From a virus, in IMG/VR virus record IMGVR_UViG_3300009597_000014, positions 1 to 64,000 of that record: a stretch of DNA of 64,000 nt; one strand, 5' to 3'. The notes beneath the pieces were generated by a model that was not told the origin of the DNA, ran no database searches, and saw only the letters and a program-made list of their open reading frames with translations. Positions 29,830 to 39,738 of the stretch are shown here, piece by piece. A program made the translations under genes and the position numbers. Numbering within the stretch: the stretch's first letter is position 1; every line of letters starts with the position of its first letter.

Positions 29830-30787
29830 AATAATTGTCCTTTTGTTTACATATTGGAAATGCCGGGCAGTAATCACAGGCTTTTACCTCTCCCGGAACC
29901 GCCAAAACAATTCCTTTTCCACCCTTGCTGGCTTGGTAGGCATGTGCTTCGGCCTTATCGTCGAAATTCTTGGTGGCCCTGACTGTCTTCTGGGGATCGG
30001 CATAATATTTATACGTGGTCTCGCTTCGCCAGAGTTCTTTATCAGTGCAATAGGGAATCTCCTCATCGGGGGATTTCTTATATCTGTCGAGCTGTGCCAG
30101 CTTGAAGCTGATGAACTCTTCGACCTCATTAATCGACGGCAGCTTGACTGGATATTCTAATGCCCTGGTCTGCGGATAGCCGGGGTCTCTCTTCGCCTGG
30201 CTCCGTTGCCAGTCGGTAAAAATGAACTGGATATAGATGTGATTATCAGTGATCAATTCAGGATTGAGCCAGCGATAAATGCCGCCCTGCATGGCATAAT
30301 CGGCATCTTTCCTACCTAGCAGGTAGCTGTAAACCGAAGTGGTTTTAACATCGAATAGACGACCGTCCATTACCATGTCGAACTTGCCACCAATTTTATA
30401 GCCTTTGAATTCTTTAATAGCTCGTCTTTCTATCCAGACAGGAATAAGATTATTATTTTCAATCATGGTTCCTGGATCAGGATTAACAATAATATTATTA
30501 GCTATTGATGCCGGATAGCCTAGCTTCTTCATGGATGCCCTGCCTGATACCTTCCATGCTTTTTCGATAGAATCATGGATAGCATTGCCAAAGCGAGCTG
30601 CAATAAAAAAGGAGACATCCATCTCCTTGTCGCTGTCGAGCACACGCTGGCTCAAGACCAGTTGTCTTGTGCTTTTCAGGAGATTAGTGGCTGAGATATA
30701 ATTGGGCTCATTAATGAAATCATAGTCATCATGCAGGAGCCACACTGCCAAAGGCAAACTGATGCTATGTTCGTTCGTCAATCGCAT
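29819..30787 (-). CDS. N4 gp42-like PD-(D/E)XK nuclease with C-terminal Cys cluster
   Basis: LTN...ISLPLAVWL..DDYD, GGKFD...DVKTTS, YCTDKELWR, CDYC.AFPIC.Q; start set at MRLTN. Confidence 0.88.
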   Translation of the reverse strand: MRLTNEHSISLPLAVWLLHDDYDFINEPNYISATNLLKSTRQLVLSQRVLDSDKEMDVSFFIAARFGNAIHDSIEKAWKVSGRASMKKLGYPASIANNIIVNPDPGTMIENNNLIPVWIERRAIKEFKGYKIGGKFDMVMDGRLFDVKTTSVYSYLLGRKDADYAMQGGIYRWLNPELITDNHIYIQFIFTDWQRSQAKRDPGYPQTRALEYPVKLPSINEVEEFISFKLAQLDRYKKSPDEEIPYCTDKELWRSETTYKYYADPQKTVRATKNFDDKAEAHAYQASKGGKGIVLAVPGEVKACDYCPAFPICKQKDNYYVA

Positions 30788-30923
30788 GATAGACCTCAGC
30801 GTGGTGCGAACTAGGGAAATCACCCTAGCTTGATTCTTCTGGTTTGGGAAGATATTTTTATAATATTTTTTAGGGTATATATGGTAGCCAAAGAACAATT
30901 AACCCACTAAATGTAGTAGGTAG

Positions 30924-33494
30924 CTAATCCTTTGATTTCATTACGTATTCTGTGAATGTAGATGCTATCTCACGCGCAGTGGCATAATTGGGTAGTTTCA
31001 GTTCCTGGCTCCAATTCGGATAGTAGATTGCGAAGACTCCACCGAGTTTCACTTCATCGTGTTGAATATCAGGATGATTTTGCCATTCGCATGCTTTGAC
31101 AATAAAATTATTAGCATACGTAATGGCTTGTATGTCATCCTTCACGAGGAAGTACTGTGCATCATGGATTTGGGCACATGGCTTGATCGCATGGCGATGC
31201 TCGCTCGCCTTGACCCCTGCCATGAATTCGGAACCGGCCCGTGAGTTGAGCAGGCACCAGGATTGACCCAGTGCATTGCCGGCTGTCCGACCTTCTGCAT
31301 CGGCTTCATAGGGGGTTTTGGAGGTCCCTCTAACGACCTGATGCAGAAGGGGAGTCCTCAGTCTTAGACCGAAGGCGACGGTAACATAGCCGTCTAAGCA
31401 AGCCTGGTCCAGCTTTGCCTTCACCCAATCGTCGCTGACCTTGTAGAGCTCGTGGTAGCGTTGTTCAATCTGCCTGGCTTTCTCTTCTGGGAAGCCGCAG
31501 TTGACCATCAGGGTTCGCCAGGTGCCCTGATATGTGAGGGCAAAGGTTGGCGCCTTGGAGTCCTGACGGAGCTTGGGATATTTCACCTGGGTCGAATTGA
31601 CTGAGGCTGGATTATCTGGATTAATGTCTGGCATCTGATCCCCAAAATACGCCTGAGCTCTCAACGAATGGCCATCGTAACCATCGAGGTAGACTTTGAG
31701 TTTGTTGGGGTCCTTGGTCGTAAGGGCGGAGATCCTGTCCTCGAGGGAATTGAAATCAATCCCACAGAAAAACCAACCTGCAGGTGCTTTGAAACAGCTC
31801 TTGATGAGCTTGGCATATCTGGTTCCGGTGGCTGGGAGATTTTGTAGGTTCGGATCGCTGGAACTCAACCTCCCACTGACAGTACCTCCGAGATTAAAAT
31901 TACCGAATAAATAATGCCAATTATCTGGTCCTTGAACTGCTGTTTCTAATGCAGGAATAGTACTGGTTAAGATTTTATTAACTGCACGATATTTAATTAA
32001 TGCCTCAAGAAAATCTTTAATATCTTGTTTATCTGTGTGATGAACCAATGAGGAAAGTGTATCACCATCCACTGAAGGTAGCTTGGTTTCGGTTCTGGCG
32101 ATGACGGGAAGTCCCAGGTTTGTATATAGGAGCCTGATGAGTTGTGGACCTGAATTCGCATTAAATTCCTCGTTGGCGTCGGCAAAGGTAACGACTTTCT
32201 TCTTAAGATTTTGGTTCTTCTCATCTACCCACTCCTCATTAAGTTGGTAAACAAATTCCCTGACTAACATACTGTTTTCCATGGTCGTTACGGCATCATC
32301 ATTGTCCTTCTGCAGAATTTCCTTGACGACCTGAACCCTATCCATGTCGACCGGCATACCAGTCAGTTGCATTTGTATGATATCTACCATTGCTGGTTTA
32401 AAAATATATTCATAAATATCCAACTGTTTATCATTAATAAGCGTCTGCCAATGCTTCTCATAGACGAACCAAGTGGCCAGACAATCAACAAGATTATACT
32501 GGAGTAGCTGAGGTAGAGGAATGGAGCGGATATTTTTAATAGACTCAACGGCATAATTCCCAGCATATTCCTGGGCTTGCTCCTTAAGACCAAGTCTATT
32601 TCCAGAGCATGAATTGGTAGCCAGATAACTAATTAGCCTGGTGCAATCCCAGTTTCTGAGCATGACGTTCAAGCCATGCAAGAGACCCTCATTATCGAGA
32701 ATATCTTTCATGAATAGCTGGTAGATTAGGACTGTCACGTCATAATCGATTTTATGGAAGATAATCTTATTTTTGAAATCCAGGAAAAAGTCTCGCAGGA
32801 GTTCTCTGACTTGCATTGCTTCTTCTGGTTCCAGAAGATCCACTGGAAATGCTATGCCTTCAGTTGTTGACCAGGCAAAAGCTATTGTACCGATACCAGC
32901 TGAATAATGCTTGAGTGAAAATCCTTCAATATCCACAGTTAATGGATAGTTCGAAGCTATCATGGTATCCAGCCAATGAGCTATCTCATGGACTGTCTGG
33001 GGATAATCAGCATGTTTGATAATTTCCACACCTGGATCCTTATAAGTTCCATTGATCCAGGCTTTGAGAGCATGGATCCCTGTGGCGATACGATTGGTGA
33101 CTTTGACTGGATCATAAAAAATGGTCCTGAAATTGGGTACATAGACCACTTTCCATGGACCATATTCACTGTTCATTATATAACCGAGGACTTTATCAAC
33201 CTTAATAGTTTTGGTTAATGTTTTAAAATATTCTCCATCCCCAACTATTAAATATTGGATCTGAAGATCCTCTAATAGAGGAACCAGTTCCTCAGTAATG
33301 TACGCCTTTTGTTCCTTGACTGGCGTTTTTTTCTTACCCACCGCTTGATGGAGATCGATAACGATAATGTCCTCTTCGTTAAGACCATAGGGTCTAATGT
33401 AGGCCCTGCGTATCTCGTCCTTTCGGATATTATTGACCAGGATGCATATTTTATATGTGCGATTTTCTTCCGTACCGAAAGTTAAATATCGCAT
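30924..33494 (-). CDS. DNA polymerase, family A (N4 gp39-like)
   Basis: Exo I DIEG; GTVSGRLSSSDPNLQNLP; motif A DFNSLEDR; motif B RQDSKAPTFALTYQG; motif C IHDA. Confidence 0.96.
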   Translation of the reverse strand: MRYLTFGTEENRTYKICILVNNIRKDEIRRAYIRPYGLNEEDIIVIDLHQAVGKKKTPVKEQKAYITEELVPLLEDLQIQYLIVGDGEYFKTLTKTIKVDKVLGYIMNSEYGPWKVVYVPNFRTIFYDPVKVTNRIATGIHALKAWINGTYKDPGVEIIKHADYPQTVHEIAHWLDTMIASNYPLTVDIEGFSLKHYSAGIGTIAFAWSTTEGIAFPVDLLEPEEAMQVRELLRDFFLDFKNKIIFHKIDYDVTVLIYQLFMKDILDNEGLLHGLNVMLRNWDCTRLISYLATNSCSGNRLGLKEQAQEYAGNYAVESIKNIRSIPLPQLLQYNLVDCLATWFVYEKHWQTLINDKQLDIYEYIFKPAMVDIIQMQLTGMPVDMDRVQVVKEILQKDNDDAVTTMENSMLVREFVYQLNEEWVDEKNQNLKKKVVTFADANEEFNANSGPQLIRLLYTNLGLPVIARTETKLPSVDGDTLSSLVHHTDKQDIKDFLEALIKYRAVNKILTSTIPALETAVQGPDNWHYLFGNFNLGGTVSGRLSSSDPNLQNLPATGTRYAKLIKSCFKAPAGWFFCGIDFNSLEDRISALTTKDPNKLKVYLDGYDGHSLRAQAYFGDQMPDINPDNPASVNSTQVKYPKLRQDSKAPTFALTYQGTWRTLMVNCGFPEEKARQIEQRYHELYKVSDDWVKAKLDQACLDGYVTVAFGLRLRTPLLHQVVRGTSKTPYEADAEGRTAGNALGQSWCLLNSRAGSEFMAGVKASEHRHAIKPCAQIHDAQYFLVKDDIQAITYANNFIVKACEWQNHPDIQHDEVKLGGVFAIYYPNWSQELKLPNYATAREIASTFTEYVMKSKD

Positions 33495-33509
33495 CGATTA
33501 TCCCACAGG

Positions 33510-34013
33510 TTAATAGAGCAAACGAGCAGCTATATAAAACTCGATTTTTTCACGTAGTTTTACATACTGGACATGAGCTCTTGGATTATCCTTGAGCGTA
33601 TAGGCTTCCGGTCTGGTTCTCTCCAGGCGATTGGAACCAGGGATGAAGTCCTTGAGAGCATTAGGAAGCGCATCACGCATATCCTGAAATGATCTACAAT
33701 CCCGTAGGACAAGCGTCAAAGCCTGTCGTATGCGTTCCTTATCGGCCTGCATAGTTGCCCTCTCAGACAACACCTGGTCCATCTCGGGAATCATTTCAAC
33801 AGGTAAGCACGTATAAGTCCCCCTGGCTCGATCGCCACCCTCCAGAAGCGAGTAGATCACGCCCATGTGACGAAATCCGTCCGGTGTACCACCAGACTGG
33901 GTGAACTTCTCGATGAGGGATTTTTCCCGCTTGAGGAGGAAGACTTCCTCTCGTTCAAATAGAACTTTTAGTAGGATATTAACATTATTGAATACCAGGT
34001 TTTTCTCAACCAT
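33510..34013 (-). CDS. N4 gp38-position conserved protein
   Basis: 167 aa, QDMRDALPN..L.RTRPEAY motif; between helicase and DNA polymerase. Confidence 0.7.
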   Translation of the reverse strand: MVEKNLVFNNVNILLKVLFEREEVFLLKREKSLIEKFTQSGGTPDGFRHMGVIYSLLEGGDRARGTYTCLPVEMIPEMDQVLSERATMQADKERIRQALTLVLRDCRSFQDMRDALPNALKDFIPGSNRLERTRPEAYTLKDNPRAHVQYVKLREKIEFYIAARLLY

Positions 34014-34027
34014 GGATCACCCTTTGC

Positions 34028-35350
34028 TCAGGGGAGGATTAATCCTCCGTATTTGCTGGCGAGGTTACCGTACAGGAACACCCTGCTACGTGCCCGAGAA
34101 AACGCCACATAGAGCATCCGGGCTACCTGGTTCTGAATGTTGCAGGTGCTGATGTTTGAGAGATCCACAAAGACCGTGTCATAGGTGGATCCCTGAGCCT
34201 TGTGGACTGTCGCAGCATCTCTGGGTCGTAGATCGGCTATATTATTTTTGAGATTGAAATATGCCTGCCAGTTTTTATCCTTGGCATAATATTTCAATAG
34301 CTGATCCAAGTGATTACGATCAGTGGCAAATGGCACATTGGGAACCAGTTCCCCAAGTGAGGTTCTCAGATCCAGGCGATTGATATCGAGATGAATCTGG
34401 TGCTTCTCATCGACCAGCATCTGGCTTGGTCCTTTGTTACGCAGGACCTCAACCTCTGCCTCGACTGACAGCATGCCACTGGCATGATGGTAGGCAGTGT
34501 TGCTGATCAGCAGCTCACCTTTCTGGAATTCAGTTGGGAGAGTCCGCATGGCTCGAATGTGGTCATTGTACTGGATCACCCTTCTGTTGGTGTAGGCGAG
34601 GATTCGTGCATCCAGGGTCTGATTGTGGAAATGATTGGCCATCTCGGTTTTCATGCCTGGATCATCCAGGAGATCGATGACTCCAGGAACGACCTTGATG
34701 GGCTTGAAATCACCAGTTGCCACAGTCTCCCGTAGCTGTTCGCATACTTCCATCAGGGCTGGCTGACCGGCATTTCTGACGGGCGTGAGCAGCTCGACCA
34801 TCGGTGAATTGTGTTTATAGACAGGGCTCATGGATTCCATGATCGGAGCCAGTTGATGACGATCCCCGACATAGACAAGCTTGCAATCCATGGTTCCCTC
34901 ATGGAGCAGCTTCCAGAGCTCAGTATCGATCATCGAGCTTTCATCGATAAAGATGATTATGTTTCGATGGATCACCCATTTGGGAGTTCGTTTCAGGATG
35001 GTTTGACCAGTTGTAAAATCATCCTTGACCGTCAGATTGAAAAACGAATGCACGGTTGACGTAGGTCGATTAACAGCTGCCGAGAGAACCTCTGCAGCCT
35101 TGTTGGTAGTGGCTGTCATAGTGACTGAATTGAATTCTGGTTGGATGCCCACGAGTTTGCACATCTCGTGATATCTAGGCATTGTATTATCAATAATATA
35201 ATTCATTAAATAGGTCTTACCGACACCGGCAGGACCACTGATAATAAATTCTTTGTCTTCACTAAATAGAAATTCAAAGAACGCATTAGCTGCGTCTTTC
35301 TGTCCCTGGTTTAGATTGTAATTATTACTGATCTGGGTCACGATATTCAT
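34028..35350 (-). CDS. SF1 DNA helicase (Dda/RecD-like, N4 gp37)
   Basis: GPAGVGKT, IDESSM, VGDRHQLAP, TVHKAQGSTYD, LYVAFSRAR. Confidence 0.95.
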   Translation of the reverse strand: MNIVTQISNNYNLNQGQKDAANAFFEFLFSEDKEFIISGPAGVGKTYLMNYIIDNTMPRYHEMCKLVGIQPEFNSVTMTATTNKAAEVLSAAVNRPTSTVHSFFNLTVKDDFTTGQTILKRTPKWVIHRNIIIFIDESSMIDTELWKLLHEGTMDCKLVYVGDRHQLAPIMESMSPVYKHNSPMVELLTPVRNAGQPALMEVCEQLRETVATGDFKPIKVVPGVIDLLDDPGMKTEMANHFHNQTLDARILAYTNRRVIQYNDHIRAMRTLPTEFQKGELLISNTAYHHASGMLSVEAEVEVLRNKGPSQMLVDEKHQIHLDINRLDLRTSLGELVPNVPFATDRNHLDQLLKYYAKDKNWQAYFNLKNNIADLRPRDAATVHKAQGSTYDTVFVDLSNISTCNIQNQVARMLYVAFSRARSRVFLYGNLASKYGGLILP

Positions 35351-35377
35351 GAATCCCCTCTATGTTGGAACCAGACA

Positions 35378-35407
35378 AAGAAAAACCCCGGACAAGCCGG
35401 GGTTCTC
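35378..35407 (-). terminator. Rho-independent terminator after hns
   Basis: Minus strand AACCCCGG-cttgt-CCGGGGTT-TTTCTTT. Confidence 0.8.
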
Positions 35408-35435
35408 ACTAACCGATCCGGTGGTCGGTAAGCTA

Positions 35436-36026
35436 TCAGATTTCGAATGGAGTGCGGTCAGCTGCACCCTTGATCCAGGAAGGCTCCTTGCCCCTGCCAG
35501 ACCAGGTAACACCCGATGCGGGATCCCGGTACTTGGCTTTGGCCTTCGAACCCTTACGCCTGTTTTTGGTTCCACCGAGAGCCTCGACGAGCTCTTCGAC
35601 CGGAATGTTGTACTCGGTCACGACGCTGACGATCTGATCGATGACAGCCTGCTTTTCAGCCGACTGCTTTTCCTTGATACGCCGATCGATTTCCTCCTGC
35701 TGCTTGCGCAGCTGGTCGATCGTCATTTCGGCTGCCAGATCGGAAAAGCTCTTGGGAACTCCCAGCTTCGCCGGTTTTGCCTGCTTGTTAACTACCTGAT
35801 CCATTTCTTCATTCTCCATTGATTCACTCGATGAATCGCCCTCAGAAATAGGATCAGTGGCTTCTGTTTCCAAGTCGTCGGGATTATTTTCTTCTTCTTC
35901 TGGTTCAACCTTCTTAGGCTGTCCCTTCTTTAGGAACTGTGGGATGTCGTTGTCTGAATTTTCGCTGTCGAATGCCAGCCGTTTGGTGGCAGCCTTTTTC
36001 TCATCAGCCGTTTCGGGCTCAGCCAT
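35436..36026 (-). CDS. hns: H-NS family nucleoid-associated protein with acidic N-terminal extension
   Basis: C-terminal AKYRDPASGVTWSGRGKEPSWI matches the H-NS DNA-binding signature; preceded by an oligomerisation coil (IDQLRKQQEEIDRRI..IVSVVTEYNIPVEEL). Confidence 0.9.
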   Translation of the reverse strand: MAEPETADEKKAATKRLAFDSENSDNDIPQFLKKGQPKKVEPEEEENNPDDLETEATDPISEGDSSSESMENEEMDQVVNKQAKPAKLGVPKSFSDLAAEMTIDQLRKQQEEIDRRIKEKQSAEKQAVIDQIVSVVTEYNIPVEELVEALGGTKNRRKGSKAKAKYRDPASGVTWSGRGKEPSWIKGAADRTPFEI

Positions 36027-36080
36027 AATAAACTCCTCGTCTGATTCGTCGTTATCGACGAACTCTAACTTCGTATTTTT

Positions 36081-36410
36081 TTAGGATTTTGTCAAATCAA
36101 AAATGGATGGTTTTGGTGGCCTATCCATAAATTCCCGGATCAATAGTGACCGCACGTATTCCTTGACTGAATAACCAGGACTGAGTTGATCCATCAACCA
36201 GGCTCTTTGCATCGGAGAAAGACTTTCATAAATATCCTCCATGAAAGCCCGTCTGGTATCCACAGGTTGAATGCCTAATTGTTTTAGGCGATAGGTAATA
36301 GTGGTATGATGAAGCTTTAGTCTTTCAGCTATTCCACATAATGATATACCAACATTATTAAGATTTACTATGTCGTTATCATTAGCTTTTTTCTGATAGG
36401 TAGAAGCCAT
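36081..36410 (-). CDS. HTH DNA-binding protein conserved in N4-like phages
   Basis: DIVNLNNVGISL..IAERL..HHTTITYRLK.LGI.P.DTRRAFMEDIY. Confidence 0.75.
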   Translation of the reverse strand: MASTYQKKANDNDIVNLNNVGISLCGIAERLKLHHTTITYRLKQLGIQPVDTRRAFMEDIYESLSPMQRAWLMDQLSPGYSVKEYVRSLLIREFMDRPPKPSIFDLTKS

Positions 36411-36453
36411 CGTGGGAGACCTCGGTTTCCAGGATCCTAATGATTAGATCACC

Positions 36454-36494
36454 AAAAGAAAATCCCCCACCTGTGGCCAAACAGGCAGGGGATT
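36454..36494 (-). terminator. Rho-independent terminator
   Basis: Minus strand AATCCCCTGCCTGT-ttggcc-ACAGGTGGGGGATT-TTCTTTT. Confidence 0.75.
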
Positions 36495-36674
36495 GATGGT
36501 CTGTCCAGATGTTCGTGTGCCGTGATCTATTCGATCTACGCCGCAAACCGTTCAGAATCAATGTCCTATCCTGGTTCGCTCTGACTCGTCATCCGAATCA
36601 TGCAAACTACATCAACACTTTTCAGGAAAAATCAAGCCCCTATACGAACATTTTTTTGAAACTCATTCGTCGGC

Positions 36675-36974
36675 TTAATCGTATCCCTCGCCGTCCTCGT
36701 CCTTGAATCTGGTGGGTTTCAGGAGCAGGCTCTTAGGTAATGGTTTTCGTTGCGGTACTGGTCTGCTCGAGTCTCCGACCTTCAGGATGACGATCTTGAA
36801 GACACCCTGATCGGTATGGATCACTGGATTATGCGGATCGCTGACATCGACGAATTTGATGTAAGCTTTCTCTTCTCCATAGGGATCTTCCCTGCTGGCT
36901 GGATCACTTTCGATCTCCCTGTCCTCGAGAAAGTCTCTAATGGCAATGCCAATGCGAGCAGTGGATAGAGTCAT
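36675..36974 (-). CDS. Hypothetical protein
   Basis: 99 aa; ATGA-coupled with an AAGGA RBS. Confidence 0.6.
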   Translation of the reverse strand: MTLSTARIGIAIRDFLEDREIESDPASREDPYGEEKAYIKFVDVSDPHNPVIHTDQGVFKIVILKVGDSSRPVPQRKPLPKSLLLKPTRFKDEDGEGYD

Positions 36975-37204
36975 TCCTTTGGATCCTCCTCATCCTCTGG
37001 TTCATCTTCCTCATCGTCATCATCGTCATGGATCTCTTTGGCACCGATCACTTCAAATTCCTTGACCTCGTCGCCATCGGACCAGTCCCAGTCGTCATTT
37101 TCATCAGCTTCAGCTATAGCTTCATCAGCATTATTGGCTTCAATTTCTCTCTCACCAATTTCTTCGACAAACTGTTTAGCAGTTACCAGAAATCTGGGCA
37201 TCAA
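36971..37204 (-). CDS. Small acidic protein (DpnD/PcfM-like), paralog of the next gene
   Basis: MPRFLVT...IEANNADEAIA pattern. Confidence 0.6.
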   Translation of the reverse strand: MMPRFLVTAKQFVEEIGEREIEANNADEAIAEADENDDWDWSDGDEVKEFEVIGAKEIHDDDDDEEDEPEDEEDPKE

Positions 37205-37391
37205 TTATCTCCTCTGGTTCAATGTTATCCCAACTTGCATTATCATAGTAAGTCAGATCTTCTTCATTCCAAAGAAGAATATCATTTTCGATTTTAGCTA
37301 TAGCAATTGCCGCATCAGCATTATCAGCTTCAACAACAGTTGTAAAATGTGCATAGGCATCAACACATTTAGTTACTTTGAACTTAGGCAT
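37176..37391 (-). CDS. Small acidic protein (DpnD/PcfM-like)
   Basis: MPKFKVT...VEADNADAAIA pattern. Confidence 0.55.
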   Translation of the reverse strand: MPKFKVTKCVDAYAHFTTVVEADNADAAIAIAKIENDILLWNEEDLTYYDNASWDNIEPEEIIDAQISGNC

Positions 37392-37815
37392 CTGATTCTT
37401 CCCCTTGGCCACACCCTTTTTCCATGAGCTTACCCATTAAGCGTTGAGCTTTTGGACCTGGATTATCTAGATCTCTGGTTCCATGGGCTTTTGCTTCTGA
37501 ACCAGAAGAAAAGACTGGAATATCAGTCTGGTAATCCCATACTGCTGGATCAATATTTTCCCTACGAATTTTTGCCATTCTAAAGGCTAGAAGGTTCTCT
37601 GGTTTATGTGCTGCTACCCATCCAGCACAGAGATGGCCATCTTTCTGATGGCACATAAATATAGCCAAAGCACCTTTCATAACCTGTTCGCCCATTTCAC
37701 CATCATAGTTTGGCAATTTGTCATATTCGTGCTGCTGCCAGATCCCGGAAGGCACGTCTTTCCTATATGGACATGACGCACAGGGTCGTGGAGCACAGGT
37801 AAGTACCTCGCTCAT
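37384..37815 (-). CDS. DUF6283-like Cys/His protein
   Basis: APRPCASCPYRKDVPSGIW..EYDKLP.YD, FMCHQ..G.LCAGW, FSSG.EA..HG. Confidence 0.7.
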   Translation of the reverse strand: MSEVLTCAPRPCASCPYRKDVPSGIWQQHEYDKLPNYDGEMGEQVMKGALAIFMCHQKDGHLCAGWVAAHKPENLLAFRMAKIRRENIDPAVWDYQTDIPVFSSGSEAKAHGTRDLDNPGPKAQRLMGKLMEKGCGQGEESDA

Positions 37816-38843
37816 TTGGTGACTCCATATTCCTTGGTTACTGAACCAAGAGAAATATCTCCCCGGTTGTGATTCTTCTTCCACCAACGCTTGGCCCAGC
37901 AGCCTGGTACAGCGCATTCGTAGTGATCCTTGTCTATTGGCTGCCAGTCATGCTCGCAGTGCTTGCGGACCTTTCTAGTCTGGCACCAGTGACCCTTGAC
38001 TGAGTGATAGCGATGACGCTGTCCAGTCTGCAGATGCTGCTTGATCAGCTTCAGGCCTGGTCCCTGAGCCAGGTGCATGGTCACCTTGTGATGAGGTGCC
38101 AGAACACGCTGCTTGCCCTTGATGATGCTGTGTCTTCTCTCCTGGTTCGACAGGGAGATCACTCCTGAGCCAGGACGAGTGAGCAAGAGCAGCAAGGCTA
38201 TCCCTTGCTTGAGAGAGCCAGCTCCAGATTCCAGCATGAGTTGTTTTTCGTAGGGGCTCCAATCCTCTTTATAAGCAAATTCAAGTGTATGGCTTCTGCA
38301 GAAATTGGTAGCTTCAGGTGTTTTGAACCAGTCAGGAGTAAGACCTTGGTCACCTAAAATAGCTTGTCTTAGGCCAAGCCTGGATAGACCTATATCTTGG
38401 GCCATAGTAAGTTCTTCTTCAAAGCTGATTGGTCGATGCAGTTTGAAGAAATAAGGCATCATATCTGGAACAGATGTTTGTGTTTCCGATGAAAAGAACA
38501 TCGTATTTTCAAAATTAATAAAATAACCAACACGAGAATCGCTATTCTTATCGGTATCTCTTCCATCGAGACCTTTTAGATAACCAGCGAAATCTATTTC
38601 GATCCAGGTATTAGGATATGGAGCTCTAGCAAACTCATGTTCCTGAAGAATCAACGAGCATATATCCCGGATCATGGTTCCAAGGAAAAAACTAGCTTCC
38701 CAATCCAGGACATATCGCTGAGCTTCTTTAAGGGGTTTGATTATTTTTTCAGTTACTTCACTAACTCGAGGAACTCGATGTAAACTTTTATTTACATGAA
38801 TCATTGTATTATCATAGAGGGTAGGCGCATTTTTACTATGCAT
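37812..38843 (-). CDS. Hypothetical phage protein with HxVxGHW and Cys motifs
   Basis: 343 aa; ARAPYPNTWIE, HSVKGHW, C.H.W...C..C..RWW...H.RGD.SLG; GGAGG RBS. Confidence 0.7.
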   Translation of the reverse strand: MHSKNAPTLYDNTMIHVNKSLHRVPRVSEVTEKIIKPLKEAQRYVLDWEASFFLGTMIRDICSLILQEHEFARAPYPNTWIEIDFAGYLKGLDGRDTDKNSDSRVGYFINFENTMFFSSETQTSVPDMMPYFFKLHRPISFEEELTMAQDIGLSRLGLRQAILGDQGLTPDWFKTPEATNFCRSHTLEFAYKEDWSPYEKQLMLESGAGSLKQGIALLLLLTRPGSGVISLSNQERRHSIIKGKQRVLAPHHKVTMHLAQGPGLKLIKQHLQTGQRHRYHSVKGHWCQTRKVRKHCEHDWQPIDKDHYECAVPGCWAKRWWKKNHNRGDISLGSVTKEYGVTK

Positions 38844-38866
38844 TTTCTACCCTCCTATGTTAATGA

Positions 38867-39061
38867 TTATTTTTTCCTACCATGCTTACTGAAACCTTTG
38901 AGGGTCTGAGCAAATCTGGCTCTCTGGCCTATTTTGCCACCCTTCTTGGCAGCAGCAGCTAATTTTTTAGCTGGAATTTTTTCCCCTTGGGGAACACCTA
39001 AATCTCTATGAAGCTGCCCTGGTTTCTTAATTGCCTTTTTGATATTCAAACGCTTGGCCAT
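38867..39061 (-). CDS. Small basic phage protein (KKAIKKPGxLH..LGV..G.KIP family)
   Basis: 64 aa, Lys-rich; AAGGAG RBS. Confidence 0.7.
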   Translation of the reverse strand: MAKRLNIKKAIKKPGQLHRDLGVPQGEKIPAKKLAAAAKKGGKIGQRARFAQTLKGFSKHGRKK

Positions 39062-39101
39062 AGTTTGCTCCTTTTTTAAAGAGATAAACTTTCTAAGCAT
39101 T

Positions 39102-39362
39102 TTATTTATTTTTAATTTCCATATTAATTACAACACACACGACCTTTGGTAGTTTCCATCCATGCGGTTCACGTTGCAAATCTGGGCGATTGCGGATGTA
39201 ACCATACCGTTCATTGTTGAAACGTCTAGCTTCTTCTCTGGTGTAGAATAACCTTGTCCTACAAGGATGGCTGGCATCTCCATCCAGATATTCACGTTTG
39301 CCATCTAAATGATTTTCACTTTGCTGCAGGATACCCCAGGTTAGAATAGATCGTTTATTCAT
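39102..39362 (-). CDS. Hypothetical protein
   Basis: 86 aa; LF.TR.EAR.F..ERYGYI..RPDL..EPHGWK.PK; ATGA-coupled. Confidence 0.65.
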   Translation of the reverse strand: MNKRSILTWGILQQSENHLDGKREYLDGDASHPCRTRLFYTREEARRFNNERYGYIRNRPDLQREPHGWKLPKVVCVVINMEIKNK

Positions 39363-39592
39363 CCCCTTGGTTCCTTTGTCAATGCAGTGTGAATAACAGC
39401 ACGTAATTCATTAACCGACTTCATCAGCTGTTTCTGTCGATTTATATCACCACCTTCACGCTCTTCCATGCCTGCACTGAATGCTTTGTTTAAAATAATG
39501 GGAACGGTTGCTAGCATATCTAGTAGCTGGTCTCGTTCCTCCCGTAGTCGCCCATTCGCAAGCAGCGCGTCAGTGTACCGTTGGTTGCTCAT
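39359..39592 (-). CDS. Hypothetical protein (last, degenerate member of the mini-gene array)
   Basis: 77 aa, contains RLREERDQL; ATGA-coupled. Confidence 0.6.
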   Translation of the reverse strand: MSNQRYTDALLANGRLREERDQLLDMLATVPIILNKAFSAGMEEREGGDINRQKQLMKSVNELRAVIHTALTKEPRG

Positions 39593-39738
39593 TTTATTTC
39601 ATAGCGGGCAAAGCCAATAAACAGCCTCCCGTCCCTATTGTCGCGCCCACGCACCAGCCACCAGCGGCTTGGCCACAAGCGGACAAGTTTGCGAATACCG
39701 AGCAGCGTCGTTGCGTAGCCTGTGCGATGCAGCGGCAT
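39589..39738 (-). CDS. Array mini-gene (49 aa)
   Basis: Hand translation MPLHRTGYATTLLGIRKLVRLWPSRWWLVRGRDNRDGRLFIGFARYEIK; TAATG and ATGA coupling at the two ends. Confidence 0.5.
   Translation of the reverse strand: MPLHRTGYATTLLGIRKLVRLWPSRWWLVRGRDNRDGRLFIGFARYEIK

Noticed and set aside
29830-30898. Longer ORF-track starts for primase (29877) and gp42 (30898); likewise 37917, 47151, 50952 and 54758
   Set aside because: The extensions overlap upstream genes, terminators or promoters, while downstream ATGs have RBSs or match N4 homolog starts.
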